From NCBI RefSeq assembly GCF_003334385.1, contig NZ_QOWN01000001.1: a stretch of 64,000 bases of DNA, one strand, 5' to 3'. Positions within the stretch are counted from its first letter, which is position 1. The number at the start of each line of letters is the position of its first letter. Made by a program: the position numbers and the translations under genes. The notes under the pieces are model-generated. The model was not told where the DNA came from. It did no database searches and saw nothing but the letters and a program-made list of their open reading frames with translations. The DNA comes from Escherichia coli. Lineage in GTDB: Bacteria; Pseudomonadota; Gammaproteobacteria; Enterobacterales; Enterobacteriaceae. This document shows, piece by piece, positions 29,166 through 51,511 of this stretch.

Positions 29166-29326
29166 TTCTGGCCGGCTAACCCGGTCACATGGGATGAGGA
29201 GATAACATAATCTCCCTCCCACAAGCAGTAACTATAAAAATAACCCCACTCTCTACAAGGCTCGGGGCGCCCGAAAAAACGGGCATACAGGTTGACCGAC
29301 AACGATATAAATCGGAATCAAAAACT
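29166..29326 (+). promoter_or_regulatory. glmU-glmS intercistronic region / glmS 5' UTR (known GlmZ/GlmY-dependent control site)
   Basis: 161-bp untranslated spacer between co-oriented glmU and glmS. The regulatory role is established knowledge for E. coli, not derived from this sequence. Confidence 0.5.
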
Positions 29327-31156
29327 ATGTGTGGAATTGTTGGCGCGATCGCGCAACGTGATGTAGCAGAAATCCTTCTTGAAGGTTTACGTCGTCTGGA
29401 ATACCGCGGATATGACTCTGCCGGTCTGGCCGTTGTTGATGCAGAAGGTCATATGACCCGCCTGCGTCGCCTCGGTAAAGTCCAGATGCTGGCACAGGCA
29501 GCGGAAGAACATCCTCTGCATGGCGGCACTGGTATTGCTCACACTCGCTGGGCGACCCACGGTGAACCTTCAGAAGTGAATGCGCATCCGCATGTTTCTG
29601 AACACATTGTGGTGGTGCATAACGGCATCATCGAAAACCATGAACCGCTGCGTGAAGAGCTAAAAGCGCGTGGCTATACCTTCGTTTCTGAAACCGACAC
29701 CGAAGTGATTGCCCATCTGGTGAACTGGGAGCTGAAACAAGGCGGGACTCTGCGTGAGGCCGTTCTGCGTGCTATCCCGCAGCTGCGTGGTGCGTACGGT
29801 ACAGTGATCATGGACTCCCGTCACCCGGATACCCTGCTGGCGGCACGTTCTGGTAGTCCGCTGGTGATTGGCCTGGGGATGGGCGAAAACTTTATCGCTT
29901 CTGACCAGCTGGCGCTGTTGCCGGTGACCCGTCGCTTTATCTTCCTTGAAGAGGGCGATATTGCGGAAATCACTCGCCGTTCGGTAAACATCTTCGATAA
30001 AACTGGCGCGGAAGTAAAACGTCAGGATATCGAATCCAATCTGCAATATGACGCGGGCGATAAAGGCATTTACCGTCACTACATGCAGAAAGAGATCTAC
30101 GAACAGCCGAACGCGATCAAAAACACCCTTACCGGACGCATCAGCCACGGTCAGGTTGATTTAAGCGAGCTGGGACCGAACGCCGACGAACTGCTGTCGA
30201 AGGTTGAGCATATTCAGATCCTCGCCTGTGGTACTTCTTATAACTCCGGTATGGTTTCCCGCTACTGGTTTGAATCGCTAGCAGGTATTCCGTGCGACGT
30301 CGAAATCGCCTCTGAATTCCGCTATCGCAAATCTGCCGTGCGTCGTAACAGCCTGATGATCACCTTGTCACAGTCTGGCGAAACCGCGGATACCCTGGCT
30401 GGCCTGCGTCTGTCGAAAGAGCTGGGTTACCTTGGTTCACTGGCAATCTGTAACGTTCCGGGTTCTTCTCTGGTGCGCGAATCCGATCTGGCGCTAATGA
30501 CCAACGCGGGTACAGAAATCGGCGTGGCATCCACTAAAGCATTCACCACTCAGTTAACTGTGCTGTTGATGCTGGTGGCGAAGCTGTCTCGCCTGAAAGG
30601 TCTGGATGCCTCCATTGAACATGACATCGTGCATGGTCTGCAGGCGCTGCCGAGCCGTATTGAGCAGATGCTGTCTCAGGACAAACGCATTGAAGCGCTG
30701 GCAGAAGATTTCTCTGACAAACATCACGCGCTGTTCCTGGGCCGTGGCGATCAGTACCCAATCGCGCTGGAAGGCGCATTGAAGTTGAAAGAGATCTCTT
30801 ACATTCACGCTGAAGCCTACGCTGCTGGCGAACTGAAACACGGTCCGCTGGCGCTAATTGATGCCGATATGCCGGTTATTGTTGTTGCACCGAACAACGA
30901 ATTGCTGGAAAAACTGAAATCCAACATTGAAGAAGTTCGCGCGCGTAGCGGTCAGTTGTATGTCTTCGCCGATCAGGATGCGGGTTTTGTAAGTAGCGAT
31001 AACATGCACATCATCGAGATGCCGCATGTGGAAGAGGTGATTGCACCGATCTTCTACACCGTTCCGCTGCAGCTGCTGGCTTACCATGTCGCGCTGATCA
31101 AAGGCACCGACGTTGACCAGCCGCGTAACCTGGCAAAATCGGTTACGGTTGAGTAA
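29327..31156 (+). CDS. glmS: glutamine--fructose-6-phosphate aminotransferase
   Basis: 609 aa; N-terminal Cys (MCGIVGA) of the class-II amidotransferase domain plus two SIS domains. Confidence 0.98.
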   Translation: MCGIVGAIAQRDVAEILLEGLRRLEYRGYDSAGLAVVDAEGHMTRLRRLGKVQMLAQAAEEHPLHGGTGIAHTRWATHGEPSEVNAHPHVSEHIVVVHNGIIENHEPLREELKARGYTFVSETDTEVIAHLVNWELKQGGTLREAVLRAIPQLRGAYGTVIMDSRHPDTLLAARSGSPLVIGLGMGENFIASDQLALLPVTRRFIFLEEGDIAEITRRSVNIFDKTGAEVKRQDIESNLQYDAGDKGIYRHYMQKEIYEQPNAIKNTLTGRISHGQVDLSELGPNADELLSKVEHIQILACGTSYNSGMVSRYWFESLAGIPCDVEIASEFRYRKSAVRRNSLMITLSQSGETADTLAGLRLSKELGYLGSLAICNVPGSSLVRESDLALMTNAGTEIGVASTKAFTTQLTVLLMLVAKLSRLKGLDASIEHDIVHGLQALPSRIEQMLSQDKRIEALAEDFSDKHHALFLGRGDQYPIALEGALKLKEISYIHAEAYAAGELKHGPLALIDADMPVIVVAPNNELLEKLKSNIEEVRARSGQLYVFADQDAGFVSSDNMHIIEMPHVEEVIAPIFYTVPLQLLAYHVALIKGTDVDQPRNLAKSVTVE

Positions 31157-31163
31157 TAAATGG

Positions 31164-31193
31164 ATGCCCTGCGTAAGCGGGGCATTTTTCTTC
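31164..31193 (+). terminator. glmS rho-independent terminator, coinciding with the attTn7 insertion point (unoccupied)
   Basis: Hairpin ATGCCC-TGCGTAAGCG-GGGCAT followed by TTTTTCTT, 8-37 bp downstream of the glmS stop. Tn7 is known to insert ~25 bp downstream of glmS; the spacer to pstS is only ~313 bp, so no element is present. Confidence 0.8.
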
Positions 31194-31261
31194 CTGTTAT
31201 GTTTTTAATCAAACATCCTGCCAACTCCATGTGACAAACCGTCATCTTCGGCTACTTTTTC

Positions 31262-31403
31262 TCTGTCACAGAATGAAAATTTTTCTGTCATCTCTTCGTT
31301 ATTAATGTTTGTAATTGACTGAATATCAACGCTTATTTAAATCAGACTGAAGACTTTATCTCTCTGTCATAAAACTGTCATATTCCTTACATATAACTGT
31401 CAC
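31262..31403 (+). promoter_or_regulatory. pstS promoter region with Pho boxes (PhoB binding sites)
   Basis: Tandem CTGTCATA(A/T)A(T/A)CTGTCA(C/T)-type repeats at 31364..31381 (CTGTCATAAAACTGTCAT) and 31386..31403 (CTTACATATAACTGTCAC), plus upstream CTGTCACAG...CTGTCATC repeats at ~31262..31293. Confidence 0.85.
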
Positions 31404-31451
31404 CTGTTTGTCCTATTTTGCTTCTCGTAGCCAACAAACAATGCTTTATGA

Positions 31452-32510
<1,059 letters not shown>

Positions 32511-32520
32511 TAAAACTCCA

Positions 32521-32552
32521 GGCCGGGTACGGTGTTTTACGCCGCATCCGGC
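32521..32552. repeat. REP (repetitive extragenic palindrome) element
   Basis: GGCCGGGTACGGTGTTTTACGCCGCATCCGGC has the typical REP GCCGGATG/CATCCGGC arms; located between pstS and pstC. Confidence 0.7.
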
Positions 32553-32593
32553 ATTACAAAATGACTTTGTAAACGCGTTTAACTGAAGAGTAA

Positions 32594-34446
<1,853 letters not shown>

Positions 34447-34463
34447 TATTGCTGACACGGTTT

Positions 34464-34579
34464 TCCCCTCACCCTAACCCTCTCCCCAGAGGGGCGAGGG
34501 GACCGACCGAGCGCCTTTTTGACTCTGTACACGGTTAACACTTTGCCGGATGCGGCGTGAACGCCTGATCCGGCCTACG
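34464..34579. repeat. BIME-like composite repeat: CCCTCACCCTAACCCTCTCCCCAGAGGGGCGAGGGGA palindromic unit plus a REP (34545..34579)
   Basis: Imperfect palindrome around CCCCAGAGGGG with flanking CCCTC/GAGGG arms, then a typical REP GCCGGATGCGGCGTGAACGCCTGATCCGGCCTACG, in the pstA-pstB spacer. Confidence 0.7.
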
Positions 34580-34589
34580 GTAAGCCTGA

Positions 34590-35402
<813 letters not shown>

Positions 35403-35416
35403 TTCAGGAGTGCGTT

Positions 35417-36142
35417 ATGGACAGTCTCAATCTTAATAAACATATTTCCGGCCAGTTCAACGCCGAACTGGAAAGTATCCGCACGCAGGTGATGACCATG
35501 GGCGGCATGGTGGAGCAGCAGCTTTCTGATGCAATCACCGCGATGCATAACCAGGACAGCGATCTGGCGAAGCGCGTCATCGAAGGCGACAAGAACGTCA
35601 ACATGATGGAAGTGGCGATCGATGAAGCCTGCGTGCGCATTATCGCCAAACGTCAGCCGACGGCGAGCGACCTGCGACTGGTTATGGTGATCAGTAAAAC
35701 CATTGCCGAGCTGGAGCGTATTGGCGACGTGGCGGACAAAATCTGCCGTACTGCGCTGGAGAAATTCTCCCAGCAGCATCAGCCGTTGCTGGTAAGTCTG
35801 GAGTCGCTGGGCCGTCATACCATCCAGATGCTGCACGACGTGCTGGACGCGTTCGCGCGGATGGACATTGACGAAGCGGTACGTATTTATCGTGAAGATA
35901 AAAAAGTCGATCAGGAATACGAAGGTATTGTTCGTCAACTGATGACCTACATGATGGAAGATTCGCGTACCATTCCGAGCGTACTTACTGCGCTGTTCTG
36001 CGCGCGTTCTATCGAACGTATTGGCGACCGCTGCCAGAATATTTGTGAGTTTATCTTCTACTACGTGAAGGGGCAGGATTTCCGTCACGTCGGTGGCGAT
36101 GAGCTGGATAAACTGCTGGCGGGGAAAGATAGCGACAAATAA
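35417..36142 (+). CDS. phoU: phosphate signalling regulator PhoU
   Basis: 241 aa from [14 protein letters not shown], two PhoU repeats; the ORF track starts 6 codons upstream. Confidence 0.96.
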   Translation: MDSLNLNKHISGQFNAELESIRTQVMTMGGMVEQQLSDAITAMHNQDSDLAKRVIEGDKNVNMMEVAIDEACVRIIAKRQPTASDLRLVMVISKTIAELERIGDVADKICRTALEKFSQQHQPLLVSLESLGRHTIQMLHDVLDAFARMDIDEAVRIYREDKKVDQEYEGIVRQLMTYMMEDSRTIPSVLTALFCARSIERIGDRCQNICEFIFYYVKGQDFRHVGGDELDKLLAGKDSDK

Positions 36143-36152
36143 TTCACCAGAC

Positions 36153-36181
36153 AAATCCCAATAACTTAATTATTGGGATTT
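36153..36181 (+). terminator. hairpin terminator after phoU
   Basis: Inverted repeat AAATCCCAATAA-CTTA-ATTATTGGGATTT immediately after the phoU stop, followed by a T-rich stretch. Confidence 0.7.
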
Positions 36182-36337
36182 GTTATATATAACTTTATAA
36201 ATTCCTAAAATTACACAAAGTTAATAACTGCGAGCATGGTCATATTTTTATCAATAGCGCATTGCTATTTTCTCTGCACGCAATTAAATTAATTTCCGAA
36301 CCTGGATGTTCGTTATAAAAACCATTAATAAATGACT

Positions 36338-45021
<8,684 letters not shown>

Positions 45022-45489
45022 TTAACTTAAAGAGTCTGTTTCAGGACATGAAATATCCAATCCGGGTAGACGGGTAATGATTCTGCTCATCACCACACCT
45101 GCCAGCAATGCAGGAATGATGCGGACAACGAGACTGTCACCAGAAAGAATGTTTTCAAACAACTCCGAGGAAGCCATGCCCTTAATATGTACAATAACTG
45201 CACAATAGATCTCGGTGATAACGACGCCACCTATGCCACCAGCCAGACAACGATAACGTTTCTGTGACCCGATCTTTTCCGGCAGACAGGCAACCATTAC
45301 ACCGGTTAACAACGCAGGAATAGCTCCCGTAGTTATCGACAATAAGAGAAAAATTGGATGTATTATCACCCAAAGAACCAGCGGTTCTTTTGCGAAGAAT
45401 ATGTAGAGGACAAGAAACAGAACACCAATTAACGGTCCTAAAACTGCAAAATAAAGTCCGTGATGTATTACCCGACGTGAAACAGACAT
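45022..45489 (-). CDS. cbrB: CbrB, small inner-membrane protein
   Basis: 155 aa, about four predicted TM helices; immediately upstream of cbrC on the same strand. Confidence 0.85.
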   Translation of the reverse strand: MSVSRRVIHHGLYFAVLGPLIGVLFLVLYIFFAKEPLVLWVIIHPIFLLLSITTGAIPALLTGVMVACLPEKIGSQKRYRCLAGGIGGVVITEIYCAVIVHIKGMASSELFENILSGDSLVVRIIPALLAGVVMSRIITRLPGLDISCPETDSLS

Positions 45490-45555
45490 ATCAAACTCCC
45501 TTTACTTACCTTTGAGCGCCAATTTAAGCGGGGTAAGTGAAGGGAGTGTGAAGAA

Positions 45556-46221
45556 CTATGCCGTAATATCCCAACCACGCGCTTTCCACAGTTCAGGTAA
45601 CTGCGAAAGATGGGTAAAGGTGGTGACTTTCGGGTGAACGATCGGCTTATTGTGCGGGTCGGCGCAGAAGTAGAACACTTCCATACCTGCGTCGATACCA
45701 GATTGTGCACCGGCAACTGAGTCATCAACCAGAATGCAGTTTTCTACATTTACATTCATCGCTTTTGCCGCATGGAACATTAACGCCGGGTCTGGCTTCC
45801 AGCGCTGAATATCGTAGCCGCTGAACAGTTTATCCGGGAAGTAGTGCAACATATTCAGCTTGCCCATAGAATGCTGCATTTTGTTATTTGGGCCGTTAGA
45901 TACCACACACATTGGCGCAGTGATCGCTGACAGGAGCGCTCCAGCCCCTTCGATGGCTTCCAGTTCTGAATCGAACAGCCGAGCGACTTCTGCACGGTAA
46001 ACGTGTTCAGCTTCTGTTTTCGCTAACGTAACACCATGTTCAAGGGAAACAATATCGATAATTTCGTACAGTTTTACACCTTTGAAACGTTTGAATACCT
46101 CTTCAGGATCGAGCGTAATACCAAATTCCTGAAACATCGTTACATATGCGCGAGAGCAAATGACTTCACTGTCGACCAGCGTACCGTCGCAGTCGAAAAA
46201 TACCGCTTCTATCCGGGACAT
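45556..46221 (-). CDS. yieH: HAD-superfamily sugar-phosphatase
   Basis: 221 aa; HAD motif I FFDCDGTLVDSE. Confidence 0.9.
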   Translation of the reverse strand: MSRIEAVFFDCDGTLVDSEVICSRAYVTMFQEFGITLDPEEVFKRFKGVKLYEIIDIVSLEHGVTLAKTEAEHVYRAEVARLFDSELEAIEGAGALLSAITAPMCVVSNGPNNKMQHSMGKLNMLHYFPDKLFSGYDIQRWKPDPALMFHAAKAMNVNVENCILVDDSVAGAQSGIDAGMEVFYFCADPHNKPIVHPKVTTFTHLSQLPELWKARGWDITA

Positions 46222-46385
46222 GCCTTTCCTTTTTAATCAGTTTAACGTTTTCGTAGAGCCGATTTGCGCAACGCAATCGTTGCCGTATAAGTAAATCCAA
46301 TAAAAAAGTCTCTCACAAACGCGCCTATTGTCGCATTTTGGTATACGATAGCGACGGATTTTCCCTCCTTGTTCGGAAATAGATA

Positions 46386-47723
46386 ATGAGTCATCAACAT
46401 ACCACCCAGACTTCTGGTCAGGGGATGCTGGAACGCGTGTTTAAACTGCGCGAACATGGCACGACGGCACGGACCGAAGTGATCGCCGGTTTTACCACCT
46501 TCCTGACGATGGTTTACATCGTTTTTGTTAACCCGCAAATTCTTGGCGTTGCTGGCATGGATACCAGCGCCGTCTTCGTCACTACCTGTCTGATCGCTGC
46601 ATTCGGCAGTATTATGATGGGACTGTTTGCTAACCTGCCAGTTGCACTGGCACCCGCTATGGGCCTGAATGCGTTCTTCGCTTTTGTCGTTGTACAGGCG
46701 ATGGGCTTGCCGTGGCAGGTCGGGATGGGCGCAATCTTCTGGGGCGCGATAGGTCTGCTGTTACTGACGATTTTCCGCGTTCGCTACTGGATGATAGCCA
46801 ACATTCCGGTGAGTCTGCGTGTGGGTATTACCAGCGGTATCGGTCTGTTCATTGGCATGATGGGGCTGAAAAACGCAGGTGTGATTGTCGCTAACCCGGA
46901 AACGCTGGTGAGCATCGGTAATCTGACTTCTCACAGCGTACTTCTGGGTATCCTCGGCTTCTTCATCATTGCTATTCTGGCCTCGCGCAACATTCACGCA
47001 GCGGTGCTGGTTTCTATCGTGGTGACGACGCTGCTGGGCTGGATGCTGGGTGATGTGCACTACAATGGCATCGTTTCTGCGCCGCCGAGCGTAATGACAG
47101 TTGTGGGTCATGTAGATTTAGCCGGGTCGTTTAACCTCGGGCTGGCAGGGGTGATTTTCTCTTTCATGTTGGTCAACTTGTTTGACTCCTCCGGTACGCT
47201 GATTGGCGTGACCGATAAAGCAGGTCTGGCGGATGAGAAGGGGAAATTCCCGCGCATGAAGCAGGCGCTGTATGTCGACAGTATCTCTTCCGTGACCGGT
47301 TCGTTTATCGGTACTTCTTCCGTTACGGCTTATATTGAGTCCTCTTCCGGCGTATCGGTTGGCGGTCGTACCGGTCTGACGGCAGTGGTTGTTGGTCTGC
47401 TGTTCCTGCTGGTTATCTTTCTGTCGCCGCTGGCGGGGATGGTGCCAGGCTACGCTGCAGCTGGTGCGCTGATTTACGTTGGCGTGCTGATGACTTCCAG
47501 TCTGGCACGCGTGAACTGGCAGGATCTTACTGAATCTGTTCCGGCGTTTATTACCGCCGTGATGATGCCGTTCAGCTTCTCGATTACCGAAGGTATCGCG
47601 CTGGGCTTTATCTCCTACTGCGTGATGAAAATCGGTACCGGACGTCTGCGTGATCTAAGCCCGTGCGTAATCATCGTTGCGCTGCTGTTTATCCTGAAGA
47701 TTGTCTTTATCGACGCTCACTAA
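46386..47723 (+). CDS. adeP: adenine permease (NCS2/AzgA family)
   Basis: 445 aa polytopic transporter. Confidence 0.92.
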   Translation: MSHQHTTQTSGQGMLERVFKLREHGTTARTEVIAGFTTFLTMVYIVFVNPQILGVAGMDTSAVFVTTCLIAAFGSIMMGLFANLPVALAPAMGLNAFFAFVVVQAMGLPWQVGMGAIFWGAIGLLLLTIFRVRYWMIANIPVSLRVGITSGIGLFIGMMGLKNAGVIVANPETLVSIGNLTSHSVLLGILGFFIIAILASRNIHAAVLVSIVVTTLLGWMLGDVHYNGIVSAPPSVMTVVGHVDLAGSFNLGLAGVIFSFMLVNLFDSSGTLIGVTDKAGLADEKGKFPRMKQALYVDSISSVTGSFIGTSSVTAYIESSSGVSVGGRTGLTAVVVGLLFLLVIFLSPLAGMVPGYAAAGALIYVGVLMTSSLARVNWQDLTESVPAFITAVMMPFSFSITEGIALGFISYCVMKIGTGRLRDLSPCVIIVALLFILKIVFIDAH

Positions 47724-47739
47724 AATCGATAGCGCGTTA

Positions 47740-47774
47740 AAAACCCGCCATGCATGATTGCTGGCGGGTTTTTT
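47740..47774. terminator. bidirectional rho-independent terminator between convergent adeP and chrR
   Basis: AAAAACCCGCCA-(loop)-TGGCGGGTTTTTT: a GC stem flanked by an A-run on one side and a T-run on the other. Confidence 0.8.
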
Positions 47775-47776
47775 AT

Positions 47777-48343
47777 TTAGATCTTAACTCGCTGAATAAA
47801 CTCACCAAATGCGGTCAATTGCCCGGTCAGGTGGTCCAGCGTACCCTGATCAATCACTTCTCCGGTTTGCGGATCAACTTTGTTCTGAATCACGCCGCCC
47901 ATAAATTCCGGCTTGTTCATCACCATTGCATCGAGGAAAACCAGAATCTGGCGCAGGTGATACTGACAGCGCGCGCCGCCAATCACGCCCATTGAGCTGG
48001 TCTGAATCAATACCGGTTTACCGGCCAGCGGTTGATCCGGCAGGCGGGAAAGCCAGTCGATGGCATTTTTCAGCCCACCCGGTACCGAGTAGTTATATTC
48101 CGGCGTGACGATCACCACACCGTCAGCCTGACGGATCTGTTCCGCCAGAGCTTCAACCGTTGCTGGAAAACCTTCTTCCTGCTGTACGTCAGCGTCATAC
48201 AAGGGAATGTCGGCAATGGATGGTAACGCATTGACTTCCATGCTCGCCGGAGCAATTTTCGGCAGGGTACGTGCAACCATGCCATTAAATGAGCCTTTGC
48301 GCAGGCTCCCCAGTAACGTAACCACCTGCAATTTTTCAGACAT
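47777..48343 (-). CDS. chrR: NAD(P)H-dependent FMN reductase / chromate-quinone reductase
   Basis: 188 aa; flavodoxin-like motif LLGSLRKGSFN. Confidence 0.92.
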   Translation of the reverse strand: MSEKLQVVTLLGSLRKGSFNGMVARTLPKIAPASMEVNALPSIADIPLYDADVQQEEGFPATVEALAEQIRQADGVVIVTPEYNYSVPGGLKNAIDWLSRLPDQPLAGKPVLIQTSSMGVIGGARCQYHLRQILVFLDAMVMNKPEFMGGVIQNKVDPQTGEVIDQGTLDHLTGQLTAFGEFIQRVKI

Positions 48344-48364
48344 GATGACTCCTGTGGTTGTCTA

Positions 48365-49126
48365 TCAATTTGGCGAAAAAGCCTTCACGGTAGAGAGTTG
48401 GGCAAAACGCATCATCCGGCTGGTAGGATTGTTGGCGCGGCTGTGAATATCCGGCAGGCTTTTCCAGCCGTGTTTGCCATCTAACTCCCAGACACTGAGC
48501 TTTTCAATCGTGGGCGTGACCGCCACGGACCACACCAGCACGTCTTCCGCGTCGCATAACGCTTCTACATGATTTACATGAGCACATTTCAGGCGTCCGG
48601 CAATGGGCAGCAGCTGCAGATCGCGCGGATCGTCATTCAAAACATCACCGGTTAGTTTTAGCACGCTTCGGCGCAGCGTGATGAGCTGCGCCCGCGCTTC
48701 GTTAGGATCGTTTTGTTTACTGATCCATAGCGATTCATTGCTGGAAAAGGTGTGGTTATCGGGCGCGTGTGGGCTATGAAACCCGCGCGTCGCACGCTGT
48801 AGTTCCATATCGAGGCCACATTCACCTTCGGTTGTTAACGCCACGCCAACCATATTCCCGGCATAGGAAATGGAAAACGAAGGCAAATTTTTATCACTGA
48901 AAACCGGTTTACCTTTCGGCAGGGTGACGATTTCCGGCAATTCGCCAATGCCATACAGCATGAACATCAGTTCTGCGAGTAAACCTCTGGACGCCAGAAA
49001 ACGGCTTTGACGATGAGGGGGAATGTTTCGGGCTTCTTGATGACACTGGGAGGGGAGACGAACAGAAATCAGATGTCCTTCCGTTAAAATCCCTCGGGCA
49101 AAGTGAGTCGCCATTTTTCGCTCCAT
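48365..49126 (-). CDS. yieE: phosphopantetheinyl-transferase-like protein
   Basis: ORF of 253 aa (the true start may be the internal MATHFARG, 249 aa); 4 bp... 21 bp downstream of chrR's start region on the same strand, suggesting co-transcription. Confidence 0.8.
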   Translation of the reverse strand: MERKMATHFARGILTEGHLISVRLPSQCHQEARNIPPHRQSRFLASRGLLAELMFMLYGIGELPEIVTLPKGKPVFSDKNLPSFSISYAGNMVGVALTTEGECGLDMELQRATRGFHSPHAPDNHTFSSNESLWISKQNDPNEARAQLITLRRSVLKLTGDVLNDDPRDLQLLPIAGRLKCAHVNHVEALCDAEDVLVWSVAVTPTIEKLSVWELDGKHGWKSLPDIHSRANNPTSRMMRFAQLSTVKAFSPN

Positions 49127-49270
49127 GCTTAATGGTCCATTATGAATACAAGAGTAATCATTTACTGGAATGATGGACAGACTAAAGCGGCTAAAAGTTC
49201 GATTCAGACAAGCTTATTACAACTTTTTTACATTTTATTGTGAAATTGGGTCGCGTTTCATACGATTCGG

Positions 49271-50230
49271 TTATGCCATCGACGCGTAAAGGTTTTTAAT
49301 GGTTTCCCGTAACCAGACGATCTTCGGATTATGGCTGTTCCGTTTATGCCACAGCAGGGTAAAAGGAACTTCCAGCTTTTTTTGCTGGCTTTCGTCAAAC
49401 GGGAGAGGAAGAGCAACCAACGGCAGTTGATGGAGTTGATTGTAGTACTGACAGTAGCGCGGCGCGGTCGCCAGTAGCAGATTGTCGGGTTGCGCTGCCA
49501 TAAACAGTGACTGCTCGAATTCCGGCAGGCTCATAGCAATCGTGCGTTCGCGTCCCAGCTCCTGTAACACATTGTCCAGCGCCCAGGTATCGCTCTGTTC
49601 CCAGCAAATGCTGATATGCGGATAACGTAAGAAGGTGTCCAGATTCCACGTTTGATGCAGTGCCGGATGATCTTTGCGTAACCAGACGCAGGGCACATCA
49701 CTAAACAGCACTTCATAATCAATGGCTAACGGTAGCGAGCTTAACAGCTCCCGCGAGCGAGGATGGCTTTCGCGACCGGAAAAACCGATATCCACTTCAC
49801 CACGAGTAATGGCATCTAAGGAATCGTAATCCCAGTTACGTAATTTGATGGTCGCCTGCGGGTAACGTTGGTAGATCTGTTTCGACAGCGCATTAAGCAT
49901 GATCATCATCAGCGGTGATTCCGCCGCCAGCTCAAACTTCAGGCCGCGCGGTGTCTGGTGGTGCGGTTTATCCAGCAGCAGGTTGCTCATTTGCATCCAC
50001 TCCGCCAGATTTTGCTCCATGCTGACCATCAGCGGTGTGGGCGACAGACCCAGCGGTGAGTTCACAAAGAGCGGGTCGTCAAACCACGCTCTTAACTTTG
50101 CCAGCGACTTACTCACCGCCGAAGGTGTCACGTTTATCCGCTTCGCCGCTTTGGTTACGCTGCGCTCCTGCATCAGCAGTTGCAGACAAAGCAGCAGATT
50201 GAGATCAAGCGTGGTGATGGATTTCTTCAT
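49271..50230 (-). CDS. yidZ: LysR-family transcriptional regulator
   Basis: N-terminal LysR HTH ([30 protein letters not shown]); start chosen at MKKSITT (319 aa). The 5' end overlaps the mdtL 3' end. Confidence 0.88.
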
Positions 50231-51380
50231 GAGCGGCAACGGGGCGTCCAGGCGCGACGAACATAATCAGCAACAGGCTCACTATGCTACAGGCAATCAG
50301 AATCCCGATCAGCATATTCCATGCGCCGATACCAACCACCGCTGCCAGCCAAATCCACAGTGACGAACCGCAAACCTGCGCAATACCTAAGGTCGAGCTG
50401 GCTACGCCCGCGCGTAATGAAAACGGCCCTAACGCCTGACTCATCGCCACACCAAAACCTACCGAGAAACCGGCGCAAATCAGCGTGATACCAAACAGAG
50501 AAACCGCATGGGAAGGTGAAACGGCAAGAGTGATCCCCGCCGCCAGGAATAACACCTGCGAGGTGATCATCAACGTACGTGGCTTAAAAATTCCCAGCGC
50601 AAATGGCGTGGAGAATGAAACGGTCATGCTGACGCCAGCGGTCAGCGCCATAATGGTGGCGTATTCACCGCGCTCAAACCCCATGATTTCCATCAGCAAT
50701 ACCGGTGACGTGTTGACGAAAGTGAGGATCACCGAAACGCTGAGGGTGGTGATAACAACACGGCTGAGGAAAAAACGGTTAAGCAGCGACTCGCTATTTT
50801 CTCGTGGTTTATCCGAAGCTGCGGGGGCCGCTGGGCGCGTTTCTTTTAAAATAAACAAAGACAACATCAGTACCGCGATGCCCATCATTGCCATCGCCCA
50901 GAACAGACTCTGCCACGGGAATTTAAGCATAATCAGATGTCCGAGCACTGGCGCTAACACCGGAATGATGCAGGTAATACCGTTGAGTAATGACAGCACT
51001 TTAGCCCGACGTCGATCATCCAGCGTGTCGCGCAAAATAGCGAACGCCACTACGTAACAACAGCCTGCGCCCAACCCCTGTAGAAATCGGCCTGCAAGAA
51101 ATAACGTGCTGGTTTCAGCCAGTGAACAGAACACCGAGGCAATAATAAATAGCGCCGCGCCGGGTATGGCGACCGGCTTTCTCCCTGAACGATCGGCCAC
51201 TTTACCGGCAAATAACATCGCAGCTGCCATCCCCGCCAGATATACGGAGAACGCAATATGCAACTGCGCTTCGCTGGCATTGAGATCGGCGGCGATGCGC
51301 GGTAAACCAACGAGGTACATATCAATCCCGGCGGGATAAAGTAAAACCAGGGCAAAACTACAAATCAAAAAGCGGGACAT
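50205..51380 (-). CDS. mdtL: MFS multidrug efflux transporter
   Basis: 391 aa, 12-TM MFS (DHA1-like). Confidence 0.92.
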   Translation of the reverse strand: MSRFLICSFALVLLYPAGIDMYLVGLPRIAADLNASEAQLHIAFSVYLAGMAAAMLFAGKVADRSGRKPVAIPGAALFIIASVFCSLAETSTLFLAGRFLQGLGAGCCYVVAFAILRDTLDDRRRAKVLSLLNGITCIIPVLAPVLGHLIMLKFPWQSLFWAMAMMGIAVLMLSLFILKETRPAAPAASDKPRENSESLLNRFFLSRVVITTLSVSVILTFVNTSPVLLMEIMGFERGEYATIMALTAGVSMTVSFSTPFALGIFKPRTLMITSQVLFLAAGITLAVSPSHAVSLFGITLICAGFSVGFGVAMSQALGPFSLRAGVASSTLGIAQVCGSSLWIWLAAVVGIGAWNMLIGILIACSIVSLLLIMFVAPGRPVAAHEEIHHHA

Positions 51381-51477
51381 GGGCTAAAGCGTCCTGATAG
51401 TAAGGTGACGCAAAGCATACGTGGTGAAGGAGGATCAGGCGAGTTGCCATTTGGACATAAGTGATTTCCTGAGAGGC

Positions 51478-51506
51478 AAGAAGCCAGCGAATGGCTGGCT
51501 TCTTGA
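51478..51506 (-). terminator. hairpin terminator downstream of tnaB
   Basis: Perfect inverted repeat CAAGAAGCCAGC-GAAT-GGCTGGCTTCTTG located 6 bp past the tnaB stop. Confidence 0.7.
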
Positions 51507-51511
51507 AGGAT

